DNA of 64,000 bases from a virus. Under the pieces are notes generated by a model. That model was not told where the DNA came from and made no database searches. It was given only the letters and a program-made list of their open reading frames with translations. The position numbers were made by a program, and so were the translations under genes. Each line of letters opens with the position of its first letter. Position 1 is the first letter of the stretch. The DNA is taken from positions 1-64,000 of the IMG/VR virus record IMGVR_UViG_3300049582_000032; one strand, written 5' to 3'. Of the stretch, positions 39,924 to 48,720 are shown piece after piece.

Positions 39924-40350
39924 CAGCGAACCTCCCAGCCTTCAGCATTTCGATCATGTGCAGACAATCCTTATCGTCAGATGGCAGCAGGTTTACCAGC
40001 TTGACCCACACACTCCTTGGACACGGCCAGTTCATGGGGCAATAGCAGCCTATGTCCCTGCCACGAAGCAGACGGGCATTCATCAAGGCGGCATTTCTCC
40101 ACACACGAAGACTGATGATTTCCGTCATGGACGCGGAAGGAGGCGCTATTCCCCTGAAAACAAGCTCGTCGAACATGATCAGGCCATCCCTTGCTCTCTC
40201 GAAACCGACATGGCGGCTTGAGTGATACGGGAGAAACGGGTTCTTCCACCTGTCACGGAATATAAAGGCTGTGCCAGGTGGACAAACAGTCCTGCTTTTC
40301 TCCTTTCTTAATACAACCGCCTTGCTCACCGTGTTTTCCGCCAGTCCCAT
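39916..40350 (-). CDS. DUF4326-like protein
   Basis: W.NPF and LRGRDIGCYCP..PC; usual following His appears replaced. Confidence 0.65.
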   Translation of the reverse strand: MGLAENTVSKAVVLRKEKSRTVCPPGTAFIFRDRWKNPFLPYHSSRHVGFERARDGLIMFDELVFRGIAPPSASMTEIISLRVWRNAALMNARLLRGRDIGCYCPMNWPCPRSVWVKLVNLLPSDDKDCLHMIEMLKAGRFADA

Positions 40351-40874
40351 GGCTTCTCCATCTCTGAGTCCATGTGTACGCCAATACCGTTGGCCCTGGC
40401 CTCTTCCTCTAACGCAAGCAACATTTTCTCGTCCAGGCCAGATGTAAACCGCGTGTCAACAAGCACGTTTCCTGTCTCAACCATATGAGAGGAGATATCA
40501 ATGCCCTCCTTTGAGCACTTCATCACCCAGCGGTCATAGCTCTCACTGATCTTAAGGCATTTCAATGTGCCCCGGTTGTCGTTCAAGAGCCAATCGAGTT
40601 CTTCCGTCGCGTTCTTGGCGCAATCAAAAACCCCACCCTTCAGCAGGTTATTGCACACCTGCCCACGTTCTGGAGCATCAACACCATGAAGACGGACCTT
40701 GACACGAACAGCCTTTGCATTCTTGACGAAATACGGCGTTAGAGGAATCGTGAACGTGTCCCCGTCATGCACATCCGCAATCTCGTTGAAGGCCCAATAG
40801 AAAGGCGGCGGATCGGCAACGGCAATGGACGTAAACCCAAGGAAGGCCACAACTCCAGATATCAACTTATTCAT
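40326..40874 (-). CDS. Exported thermonuclease (SNase family)
   Basis: Signal peptide; VHDGDT, VRLHGVDAPE.GQ, SYDR, E..AR...IG. Confidence 0.85.
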   Translation of the reverse strand: MNKLISGVVAFLGFTSIAVADPPPFYWAFNEIADVHDGDTFTIPLTPYFVKNAKAVRVKVRLHGVDAPERGQVCNNLLKGGVFDCAKNATEELDWLLNDNRGTLKCLKISESYDRWVMKCSKEGIDISSHMVETGNVLVDTRFTSGLDEKMLLALEEEARANGIGVHMDSEMEKPWDWRKTR

Positions 40875-41145
40875 TTTGCAACCCATTGTCCGCAAGAAAC
40901 CGATCAATCATATCCATGCTGCTTGTCGCAAACCTGTCCGTTTCCTCCCACGTTCCATTGTGCATGATATCCGTGTTCTCAGCGTCGATCTTTGCTACTA
41001 GCTTCCACCACTTAATTGCAACATCGATCCTCCATGTCTTAGCGACAATCTTCGTGATCTCCTCAATCTTCTCCCTTAATGAAATCAGATTTAACGTTGC
41101 GTTGATGACAATATCATCATCAGCTTCAATATTTGTTGTCTGCAT
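40867..41145 (-). CDS. Hypothetical protein
   Basis: Overlap-coupled with nuclease gene. Confidence 0.5.
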   Translation of the reverse strand: MQTTNIEADDDIVINATLNLISLREKIEEITKIVAKTWRIDVAIKWWKLVAKIDAENTDIMHNGTWEETDRFATSSMDMIDRFLADNGLQNE

Positions 41146-41218
41146 TGGAAACCCATTGACAATCTGAACTAATTGCTATATATACACGGTTATCATTCAA
41201 AACACAAGGAGAAACACC

Positions 41219-41653
41219 ATGCCGAAAGGCAAAAGCAACGAAGATCGTGAGACGATGAGTGGAAATCTGTTCATCGTAGAGATGGCTGAAGATAGCGCAA
41301 ACGTAACGCGCCTCCCAATCAACGTGAAGCTGGAGACAAACACGGTTGAGGTCAATAGCGGGGATGTCATCTACCCCAAGCGCGACCACGCCGTTCGGGC
41401 GATTGTTGAGGTCATTACGGATGATCTCGGCAGCACGTATTCCACTGACGGTCTTTCAAAGGGTGCCGCCAAGGCCGTTGCAAAGCACGTCGAAGGACTG
41501 CGCAAGAAGGTCGCTCAGGCCGTGCGGGCTCAGATCACGAAAGCAGGTGCGGGGCAGACTGTTTCCATCTCCCTTGATCCCGCCGAATACGATATCGAGG
41601 ACGATAGCGAGGACGAAGACCTGCCGGAAGATCAATTCCAAGCGGCAGAGTAA
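41219..41653 (+). CDS. Hypothetical protein with acidic tail
   Basis: TTGACA-N17-TATATA promoter, AAGGAG RBS. Confidence 0.75.
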   Translation: MPKGKSNEDRETMSGNLFIVEMAEDSANVTRLPINVKLETNTVEVNSGDVIYPKRDHAVRAIVEVITDDLGSTYSTDGLSKGAAKAVAKHVEGLRKKVAQAVRAQITKAGAGQTVSISLDPAEYDIEDDSEDEDLPEDQFQAAE

Positions 41654-41704
41654 CACTGCAAGATAAGGCTTGACTTTGCCGAAAGCAGCCTTATCATTCT
41701 ACCT

Positions 41705-41826
41705 TAGAGCAAGGGGAGTGTAGCTGCTTTAGTGGTTCTCCAGCACTTCTAAAAGCCTCAGGCTCCTCCCGGCTCTTTGAAACCCCTGGCAGCCAGCCCC
41801 CCTCTGGCTCCAGGGGTTTCGCCTTT
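41705..41826 (+). ncRNA. Candidate phage sRNA with anti-RBS loop (GUUCUCCAG) and C-rich terminal hairpin
   Basis: TTGACT-N16-TATCAT at 41670-41697; long hairpin AGAGC..GGGAG..GCTTT-AGTG[GTTCTCCAG]CACT..AAAGC..CTCCC..GCTCT; then GAAACCCCTGG...CCAGGGGTTTC; no ORF. Confidence 0.65.
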
Positions 41827-42018
41827 CTAGCCTACAGCATCCGGATTATCATGGAACTTACGGAATAGCTGGTCCCACTGGCTTGCGCGAATCATGCGTG
41901 GAAGCTTCGGGTCTTTCTCGGATTGAAGCCTGATATACTGTTGAAACGCACAGAGAATTTCCATCTCCTGAGCCGCGAATTCCTCTATCGTGAGTTCAGG
42001 ATCTTTGTCTTCTTCCAA
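41827..42018 (-). CDS. Small hypothetical protein
   Basis: AAGGAG RBS; resembles 43700..43885. Confidence 0.6.
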   Translation of the reverse strand: MEEDKDPELTIEEFAAQEMEILCAFQQYIRLQSEKDPKLPRMIRASQWDQLFRKFHDNPDAVG

Positions 42019-42029
42019 GGTGATCTCCT

Positions 42030-42578
42030 TCAGGCTATCAGTGGCTCATACGTGACAATCGAATCTATCACACCATCACTATAGTAATCTCTAACTTCCT
42101 TCACCAGGAACCCGTCTGGCGCATACTCGAACGTGATTGTATCCATCCCGCCAAAGCCGATTGCGACAAAGTTCTGGAAACTCTGCACCCGCTGCGTAAC
42201 CTGCCCGAGATCGTTGACGGCTTGCGTCATTTCGTATGTGTATTCAGGCTCAGGATCAGTATCGTACTGGTACTTCCAAAACTCATGGGATAGAACGCCA
42301 TTCGTGTATTCGTAATCGGCGGTTGCGTGATAAATCCATCCATCCGCGCCCGCCTTCTCACGAAACACGTCCTGGAATTCGATCTTCCCATCATCCGTGT
42401 ACGAATACTCTTCCCGATAGACTTCCTCGAAGGAGCCATCCCCGTCTCTGTCGTACAGATCAGACTGGTAGGTCAGATCGTCGCCGCCGTCGAGAAAACG
42501 CTTCTCGGATACGGAAGTTGATTTCAGGGTTCCATCGGGATTAAGGTTGGTCCAGGTCTCCTTGTAATCCTGCGGCAT
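42030..42578 (-). CDS. Acidic beta-hairpin repeat protein with DxDGDG motifs (YD-like)
   Basis: DRDGDGSFE, YSYTDDG, DYYSDGVID. Confidence 0.75.
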   Translation of the reverse strand: MPQDYKETWTNLNPDGTLKSTSVSEKRFLDGGDDLTYQSDLYDRDGDGSFEEVYREEYSYTDDGKIEFQDVFREKAGADGWIYHATADYEYTNGVLSHEFWKYQYDTDPEPEYTYEMTQAVNDLGQVTQRVQSFQNFVAIGFGGMDTITFEYAPDGFLVKEVRDYYSDGVIDSIVTYEPLIA

Positions 42579-42587
42579 GCAATATCC

Positions 42588-43583
42588 TTATGCGACAAGC
42601 GGGTCGAATGTGACAACCTCACTGTAATCGATGATCTTATCAAGGCCGTAGTCTATCGTGTGCGAAATTACGTCGTCGTTCGCGCCATCGCCATCCAGAT
42701 CGGCATACTTGAAGCGCTCCCTGTCCCTGCCATCAAGATAACCGGACTTGGAACCGGGGGTGAACTTGCCGTCCAAGTTCCCATCGTGGGATGTTAGCCT
42801 GTCAGTTACCAGCCCGTCCGCGTTCCTCCAGGTTTCGATCAGATCCCTCTTATAGACATCCTCAGCAGGCCCTATGTACTCAACAAGCTCCTTGGTATGG
42901 CTGCTTGATACCTGAGTCACTGTTGTTCTGGTTACGAAGTGCTGTCCAGCATAGATGATCTTTGCATTGGCGTCGTCAAACAGCCACGTGTCGGTGCGGT
43001 GCCAACCTTCATCAGCCCAAACAAACGGGTCCATCCGATCAATGGATATCATCCGGCCAGTGGAATCGTAGTCGCAGTCTTCGCCCACCACGAAATCGTA
43101 CAAGGCGGCATCGTCGATCAGCGTAACGTCTTTCCAGCCCTCTTGCGTGTAGCTCGTATCCACCCGCCTGTAGCTTGTCGGATCTTCAAAGCCCTCCACA
43201 TAGCCACGGGTTTCCTCCACGGTCAGGTTCCCGAAGGAATCGAAAGTGTAAGCCGTAACGCTGCTGTTGTCGGCAACGCCGTTCCCGTCGCCATCGCCAG
43301 TATCAACCCGATCCAGGATCATCCGCCCAAAACCATCGTATTGAAGGGACCGGAACTGCTCGAAGTCCGTCAGGCCATCGCCGTTCGTGTCAAAGGTGAC
43401 GTGCTCACCCATCAACACTCCAGCCGCATCATAAGCACATGAAGTTGTCTTGAAGTTATCGGTGACGCCATCAGCCCCGTAGTCAGTGGCCATCGACCTG
43501 GAAAGAACACGTCCACTCGCATCGGTCGTAACAGACTCCGAAGAAGAGAAACCGTTGTAATCGATCTTCCGTGTGTAGCTCAT
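42588..43583 (-). CDS. Acidic beta-hairpin repeat protein with DxxGDG motifs (YD-like)
   Basis: DTNGDGLTD, DGNGVAD, YDGFGR, DLDGDG; start at MSYTRK after GCTGGAGG. Confidence 0.75.
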   Translation of the reverse strand: MSYTRKIDYNGFSSSESVTTDASGRVLSRSMATDYGADGVTDNFKTTSCAYDAAGVLMGEHVTFDTNGDGLTDFEQFRSLQYDGFGRMILDRVDTGDGDGNGVADNSSVTAYTFDSFGNLTVEETRGYVEGFEDPTSYRRVDTSYTQEGWKDVTLIDDAALYDFVVGEDCDYDSTGRMISIDRMDPFVWADEGWHRTDTWLFDDANAKIIYAGQHFVTRTTVTQVSSSHTKELVEYIGPAEDVYKRDLIETWRNADGLVTDRLTSHDGNLDGKFTPGSKSGYLDGRDRERFKYADLDGDGANDDVISHTIDYGLDKIIDYSEVVTFDPLVA

Positions 43584-43699
43584 CGCTGCCTCCAGCGTAA
43601 GGGGTTCATTTGGGGTATGAGTTGTCATGATCTCGTTAAAGATCAAGAGGATGCTAGGGCAAAATCCGCAAGCGCGCTGTGGGAAAACTCACAATCTTC

Positions 43700-43885
43700 T
43701 CAGACGCCACCTCTCAGTTTGAGATCCCCAAGCCACTCGGCAAACGCCATTTCCCATTCCTCTTCGCTCTTCACCAGTGGATATGCGTCCGGGTGCAAGG
43801 CAGAGGAAGCTCGCCACTCTTCGTAGAAATCCAGGAAGAGAGAACGCTTGGCCATAACCCATTGATCAAGTGTTGATACGGACAT
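43700..43885 (-). CDS. Small hypothetical protein
   Basis: GGAG RBS; resembles 41827..42018. Confidence 0.55.
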   Translation of the reverse strand: MSVSTLDQWVMAKRSLFLDFYEEWRASSALHPDAYPLVKSEEEWEMAFAEWLGDLKLRGGV

Positions 43886-43953
43886 TACTTAACTCCATCG
43901 TCTCTCTCCAGCATTTCGTTATAGCAGCAAGTATATCATAACAAGCTATGTTG

Positions 43954-44232
43954 TCAAGTCTTTTTAACGTAGCATGCATGTATACGATCAATCGCGTTAA
44001 ACTGCTTCCACGAAGGGCTATAATCTTGCAAAAACACCTTGTTCATGATGTCCGTAACCATGGCGCGCTGCTTTGCTGGAAGATCAGGAACCTCAAGGAT
44101 TTTTCTGCATTGATCCCCCAGCTTCACAGCCCACTCGTCCAATGGCTGCATGGAGTCCTCAACCTTTGACTTTCGCATCCGATCTTGAAGATTGCGCTTC
44201 TCCCACTCGAACTTATGTCTTCGCTTTGTCAC
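43954..44232 (-). CDS. Hypothetical protein
   Basis: Co-oriented operon member. Confidence 0.55.
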   Translation of the reverse strand: MTKRRHKFEWEKRNLQDRMRKSKVEDSMQPLDEWAVKLGDQCRKILEVPDLPAKQRAMVTDIMNKVFLQDYSPSWKQFNAIDRIHACYVKKT

Positions 44233-44234
44233 AG

Positions 44235-44495
44235 TTACCCCTCAAGGACAGTCGCCAATCCAGATTTTAACTTGTCCTTATCCTCATGCGCGTCCATACG
44301 CCCTGCCATTACGAATAGATCAATAGAAAGACTATTCATAACCGAAGCGGCGTTCAGAACCGTTCTGTACGAAACTGTCCCGTTCTTAATCCTCTCTTCA
44401 ACAGGCTCCAGCACGCCATTCTTTAAAGACTCGACAACCAAAAGCAGAATTTTCATATCTGATTCATTCATTCGCTTTCCTCCTGTTTCTTCCAT
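44235..44495 (-). CDS. Hypothetical protein
   Basis: AGGAGG RBS before MNESD (probable start). Confidence 0.55.
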   Translation of the reverse strand: MEETGGKRMNESDMKILLLVVESLKNGVLEPVEERIKNGTVSYRTVLNAASVMNSLSIDLFVMAGRMDAHEDKDKLKSGLATVLEG

Positions 44496-44530
44496 TCAAG
44501 TAAAAAGGGATTCGTAGTGAGGTTCTTCCG

Positions 44531-44863
44531 TCATATCTCCTCTAGCCTCTTCAGTTTCCGTGGCTTGCCATCCGTCACAATCTCTGGCGTCAGATGACCA
44601 AGATACTCATCCGTAACGCCATCCAAGAGCTTGCCGTTGCTGTAGACCTTGATCGACATGATAAGCCCCGCTCCCCTCTTGCGAACGCACACCTGCAAGT
44701 CTCCCACAACATCGTGGGATTGCTTCAAGGTTTCCGCCATTTCCTTAACGAACACACCGTAGGCTGCGTCCAACATGCCACGAGCCCTTGGACCACGAGG
44801 CGTTGAAGCCTCATGCGGCAACTTCTTGTACTTTGAGCTTTGGCCTAGTGGACGGACTCGCAT
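44531..44863 (-). CDS. Hypothetical protein
   Basis: GCTGGAGAG RBS; promoter at 44917. Confidence 0.6.
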   Translation of the reverse strand: MRVRPLGQSSKYKKLPHEASTPRGPRARGMLDAAYGVFVKEMAETLKQSHDVVGDLQVCVRKRGAGLIMSIKVYSNGKLLDGVTDEYLGHLTPEIVTDGKPRKLKRLEEI

Positions 44864-44967
44864 TGCGCTCTCCAGCGATTCAACTTCAGAGCATTGTAGT
44901 GGGATTGCGGGGTGATGTCAAGACTTTTGTTGGGGCGTTACGATCTAATAATGTGTGGGTGGATCGC

Positions 44968-45615
44968 CTACCCCTTGAAAGCAACGTCTCTGTTAACGCA
45001 AAACCTATTCGCATCTAATTGACTTAAATACCCCTTATCCATCAACTCTCTTGCTGACAGGCGGAAGCTTCTCATGGAAGTTCCCGTCATGCGCAACAGA
45101 TACTTCCTTTCGTCATCTGAAATTGTCGCGATATTCCGCCTATTCATGACAGCCCCCATGAACATAAAGAGAGCGTGCGCCTTGTGCTTCAGATGAATCA
45201 TTGACTCAAACTTATCCATGTAGATGCTGAATCTCGCTCTCTCGTCACAAGGAAAGACAATCATGAATGGACGGTCATGAGGCATGCGACGTACCGCGTG
45301 GTTCTTGTTGTACCCGCTGCTGATGGCATCATATTCTGCAATCAGACACTCTTCCATCTCCAGAATGTCTTCAATGGTGTCTCTCGGCTCAAATACCTTA
45401 ACCGTATATCCATCCTTGGCATACATGTCGAAATCCCTCTGGAACTCCTTAATTGTATGCTTCCCACGGCTTAGAAGATGAAAATGCTGGTCAACCCTCT
45501 TTGCAACATCTGTCGATGATCCAACATATGACTTCCCATTAGCCCTGCATGTGATGACATACGCGCTCTTGTGATTTCTAGGTATTTGCCTATCTACTGG
45601 CTTTATCATAACCAC
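44968..45615 (-). CDS. GIY-YIG nuclease fused to RepL-like winged helix
   Basis: AYVITC.ANGKSYVGSS.D..KR..QH; C-terminal ..ELMDKGYL....RFCVN..VAFKG. Confidence 0.75.
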   Translation of the reverse strand: MVMIKPVDRQIPRNHKSAYVITCRANGKSYVGSSTDVAKRVDQHFHLLSRGKHTIKEFQRDFDMYAKDGYTVKVFEPRDTIEDILEMEECLIAEYDAISSGYNKNHAVRRMPHDRPFMIVFPCDERARFSIYMDKFESMIHLKHKAHALFMFMGAVMNRRNIATISDDERKYLLRMTGTSMRSFRLSARELMDKGYLSQLDANRFCVNRDVAFKG

Positions 45616-45646
45616 ACCTCGGATTCCTCCGCTTCCGCGTTAATCT

Positions 45647-46120
45647 TCAGACTTGGCACGCAATACGATGCAGGCCACTTGTTTCCTTGATCCCTTCTCT
45701 CTTCCTAAGAGTCTTGAACCTCTCATTCTGGCGTGAAATCTCAAAGTCTTTATTCTCCTTGTGACTTACCAAGATCACGCCATCAAGCTTTGCGTACTTC
45801 TTCTTGTTGTTCCATGATGACCATGCGATCTCATGGTTAAGAATGTACACGTTCGAGTTTCCAGACTTCAAAATTCCGATAAAGCCATTATCCTCAAGGA
45901 CCTTTATGGCCCTGTATATGGTCGCCCTGCTGCACTCGAAATACTCTTGCAGAACGTCATACGAGCATGCGAGTGCATTTGCCTTGTCCATATGCTCCAT
46001 AAGGAAGGTCAATATGCAGGCTGAAAGCGAGTGCTTCCGCATCAGCCACCTCACTTCAGGCATGTTCCTTCTATAGAGCTGCACAAAATCCTCATTCTTC
46101 CTGTCGTCAAGAACGCTCAC
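45647..46120 (-). CDS. RepL-like replication/maintenance winged-helix protein
   Basis: FVQLY, L.FLMEHMD..NAL..SY..L, SRATIYRAIK.LE..GFI, NVY.LN.EIAW. Confidence 0.75.
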   Translation of the reverse strand: MSVLDDRKNEDFVQLYRRNMPEVRWLMRKHSLSACILTFLMEHMDKANALACSYDVLQEYFECSRATIYRAIKVLEDNGFIGILKSGNSNVYILNHEIAWSSWNNKKKYAKLDGVILVSHKENKDFEISRQNERFKTLRKREGIKETSGLHRIACQV

Positions 46121-46609
46121 GGCGATACCTCCATCCCTCGGATCTGACGCATAGGTATGTCATCCCTGAAACAAAGTCAATCATTTTCTGCGAGGAATGC
46201 GCGCGGATTTGCAACACGTTGTCTCGCTATGTTTCACCCTTGAGGTGAATGTAATGTTTCATAGCTGGTGAAACATACGCTCCAAAAATCCCTTTAAAAT
46301 CAACGGCGATTTTTTGCTCTTCTTACTCTAATACCCTTCCGGTCCCCCTACCAGCGCCGCATCCCTATGTCGCTCCGTCCCGTCGCTCGTCGGGCGTAAA
46401 AGAATGCTCGCTCCGCTGCGCTTGTCTTGAAGGTAAAGATCTCCACCAGCCCTCCCTTCCTCACCCTTCCCCAATCGCCATAGCAAAGAAGAGTTGACAT
46501 CACCATCTGGCATATGGCACACTGACGGCCACATGAAATCTGGAGGACACGATGGCCGACAAAAAATTAATCGCCAACTTGCTGGGTATGTCGCGGCTGC
46601 ATTCTTGAC

Positions 46610-47203
46610 ATGAAGAAACGAGAGGTTATCCCAATCCCGTATGAGGATTATGATGGAACCGAGAGCGCCCAGGACATGAGGTCCGGTTTGTTGAATGAAC
46701 TGAGGGTTTTCGGAGGCGGTCATGCCAGCATACCGGCAACTTTTGGAGGATCGCGCCCGGAGCCTGTGATAGCCTGTGTCTTTATCTTCAAGACTCCTTC
46801 TACTACTCGAAATGCCGGAAGTGGAGTTTGCACAGGCGTCTTTCCAATGAGCGGATCTTCTGATGGCAGATCTTCATATGACATGGAACGGAGAGGGTTT
46901 CGATATCGAGATGTCTTGGTCAGGGTAAGAGAATCGGACTACCTCGAAATAGAGCGGATCGCAAGCAATAAGGGCGTATCAAAGGGATATCTTATTCAGA
47001 AGGCCATAGAAGGGATTGCGTTGCAAGATCGTCATTTGAACAGAACTACCAAACCGCACGGCCTGCTTCCTGGGAAGAAAGAGCCGCTACACCGAGAAGT
47101 GTTCGGGGCAAACGGAAAACTCCTTCATGGGTTGCTGGCCGTGTGGCTCATTCTGATGCTGGCAGTCGGTACTGCCTTCATGTTCGGGTGGATACACTTC
47201 TAG
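46610..47203 (+). CDS. Ribbon-helix-helix (CopG-like) protein with C-terminal TM helix; true start probably near 46850-46890
   Basis: VLVRVRESDYLEIERIASNKGVSKGYLIQKAIE; hydrophobic C-terminus. Confidence 0.55.
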   Translation: MKKREVIPIPYEDYDGTESAQDMRSGLLNELRVFGGGHASIPATFGGSRPEPVIACVFIFKTPSTTRNAGSGVCTGVFPMSGSSDGRSSYDMERRGFRYRDVLVRVRESDYLEIERIASNKGVSKGYLIQKAIEGIALQDRHLNRTTKPHGLLPGKKEPLHREVFGANGKLLHGLLAVWLILMLAVGTAFMFGWIHF

Positions 47204-47218
47204 GCTCGCTAGGATCGA

Positions 47219-48259
47219 TCAGGATTGACGGGAAGCTAGTGACCCACCCCAGCGGTCGTTACGCCCCCATACCGCCCTGCTGGCGCTTCTCATGAGCACC
47301 CTGACGATTGGCGGCGGTGGGGGAGCAACAACCTCGTCGAAGATGAACAGGGACTCTCTTCCGACTTGGCTACGGTACATTCCACCAAAGGTATGACCTA
47401 CGTTCGGCACGGTCCATATATCATGGCTGCCAACGCCGACCTGCCTGACCAGATGGTTGAACCACGCCTGCCCGCGTTCGAACCGATTGAAGCCTTGGAA
47501 GTTCGCTGCCGTAGAAGTGTCGAGGTCTGAGTCCTGTTCGATATCGTCCTCTCCAAGGATCACATCGATGTCGCGTTCAGCATAATTAGTGATGATCTGG
47601 TTTGACCCGACAGCGCTCATGTAGCTGTTGAGGCTGAGCATCCCGTAGGCATAGCTGTTGTAGGTGCTCGCACTGACACCCGATGGTATGGCGAAATTGG
47701 TTGTGCTTCTGCCGACCGGCCTTTCCTGGGTGAGGTACATATACGAGCTTGGGTTTGCGATCACGTACTTGATGGCGACACCGGCCCTTGGAGCAATGCC
47801 GCCGCCGCTATACCGTGCCGCGACCTGCCCTCCAGCGCTGTGGCCAGTCATGGTTATGCGTGTGAGATTTGGAAACTTGGCGATGTCCATAAGCTGGGTG
47901 ACAAGGTAGTCAAGAACCGTGTATGAGGATGTGCTCCCGTTGACCGAAGTGTTCCCCTGCCGCCATGCGTTGGTCCAATAATGGTGCGTGGCTGTGTCGA
48001 TGGAATGCGGGGCCATATCCTCATCTTCAAGGAACTGAGGCGAGATGACGGCTACATTCGTAGTGGATCGTCCTGTGTCCTCGACGCCATCAACGACGGC
48101 GTTCATGATGGACTCTGCTGTTTTGGAGGCCCCATGAACAACAATGATGCCATGCGTCACAAGCGGATGTGTCCCGCTGATGGAGTGCGTTCTGGCGTAT
48201 GGAAGCTGTCTTCCATTGACGGTGAAGCGGTATGGGGCAACCTCATCGACAACGGCCAT
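47219..48259 (-). CDS. Alpha/beta hydrolase, paralog 1
   Basis: VVHG, GHSAGGQ, ANPSSY, VPNVGH. Confidence 0.88.
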   Translation of the reverse strand: MAVVDEVAPYRFTVNGRQLPYARTHSISGTHPLVTHGIIVVHGASKTAESIMNAVVDGVEDTGRSTTNVAVISPQFLEDEDMAPHSIDTATHHYWTNAWRQGNTSVNGSTSSYTVLDYLVTQLMDIAKFPNLTRITMTGHSAGGQVAARYSGGGIAPRAGVAIKYVIANPSSYMYLTQERPVGRSTTNFAIPSGVSASTYNSYAYGMLSLNSYMSAVGSNQIITNYAERDIDVILGEDDIEQDSDLDTSTAANFQGFNRFERGQAWFNHLVRQVGVGSHDIWTVPNVGHTFGGMYRSQVGRESLFIFDEVVAPPPPPIVRVLMRSASRAVWGRNDRWGGSLASRQS

Positions 48260-48321
48260 CAGTTTTCCAGGCTTTCGTTTAGATGTTGCATTATATGGGC
48301 GTCTGGTGTATATGTATACGC

Positions 48322-48720
48322 ATGACGCGCAGATATTCCAAAAACGCCGGAGCAGTCTTCTCGCTCAAGTACCACATCGTCTGGTGCTCCAAGTACAGAC
48401 GTGATGTTCTTGCGCCGCCTGTTGACGCTCGCCTCAAAGGGGTCATTGCTGACGTAACAGCAGAGCATGGTTGGATTATCCACGCATTGGAGGTCATGCC
48501 AGAGCATGTTCACCTGTTTGTGGAAGCCGACCCAGGGCTGTGTGTAGCCGAGATTGTCAACCGTATCAAGGGAGCCAGCAGCCGGATATTGAGAGCAGAG
48601 TTCAGTTCTCTCCGAACAAGGCTCCCAACTTTGTGGAGCAGGAGCTACTTCGCAGCCACCACTGGCAGTGTCTCCGATGATGCTATCAAACGTTACATTC
48701 AGACGCAGAAGGGCGTATGA
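48322..48720 (+). CDS. tnpA: Y1 HUH transposase
   Basis: YHIVWCSKYRR, MPEHVHLF, KGASSR, LWSRSYF, RYIQTQ. Confidence 0.95.
   Translation: MTRRYSKNAGAVFSLKYHIVWCSKYRRDVLAPPVDARLKGVIADVTAEHGWIIHALEVMPEHVHLFVEADPGLCVAEIVNRIKGASSRILRAEFSSLRTRLPTLWSRSYFAATTGSVSDDAIKRYIQTQKGV

Noticed and set aside
41705-41790. tRNA-like start (GGGGAGTGTAGCT)
   Set aside because: No T-loop GTTCRA and no cloverleaf; folds better as a single long hairpin.
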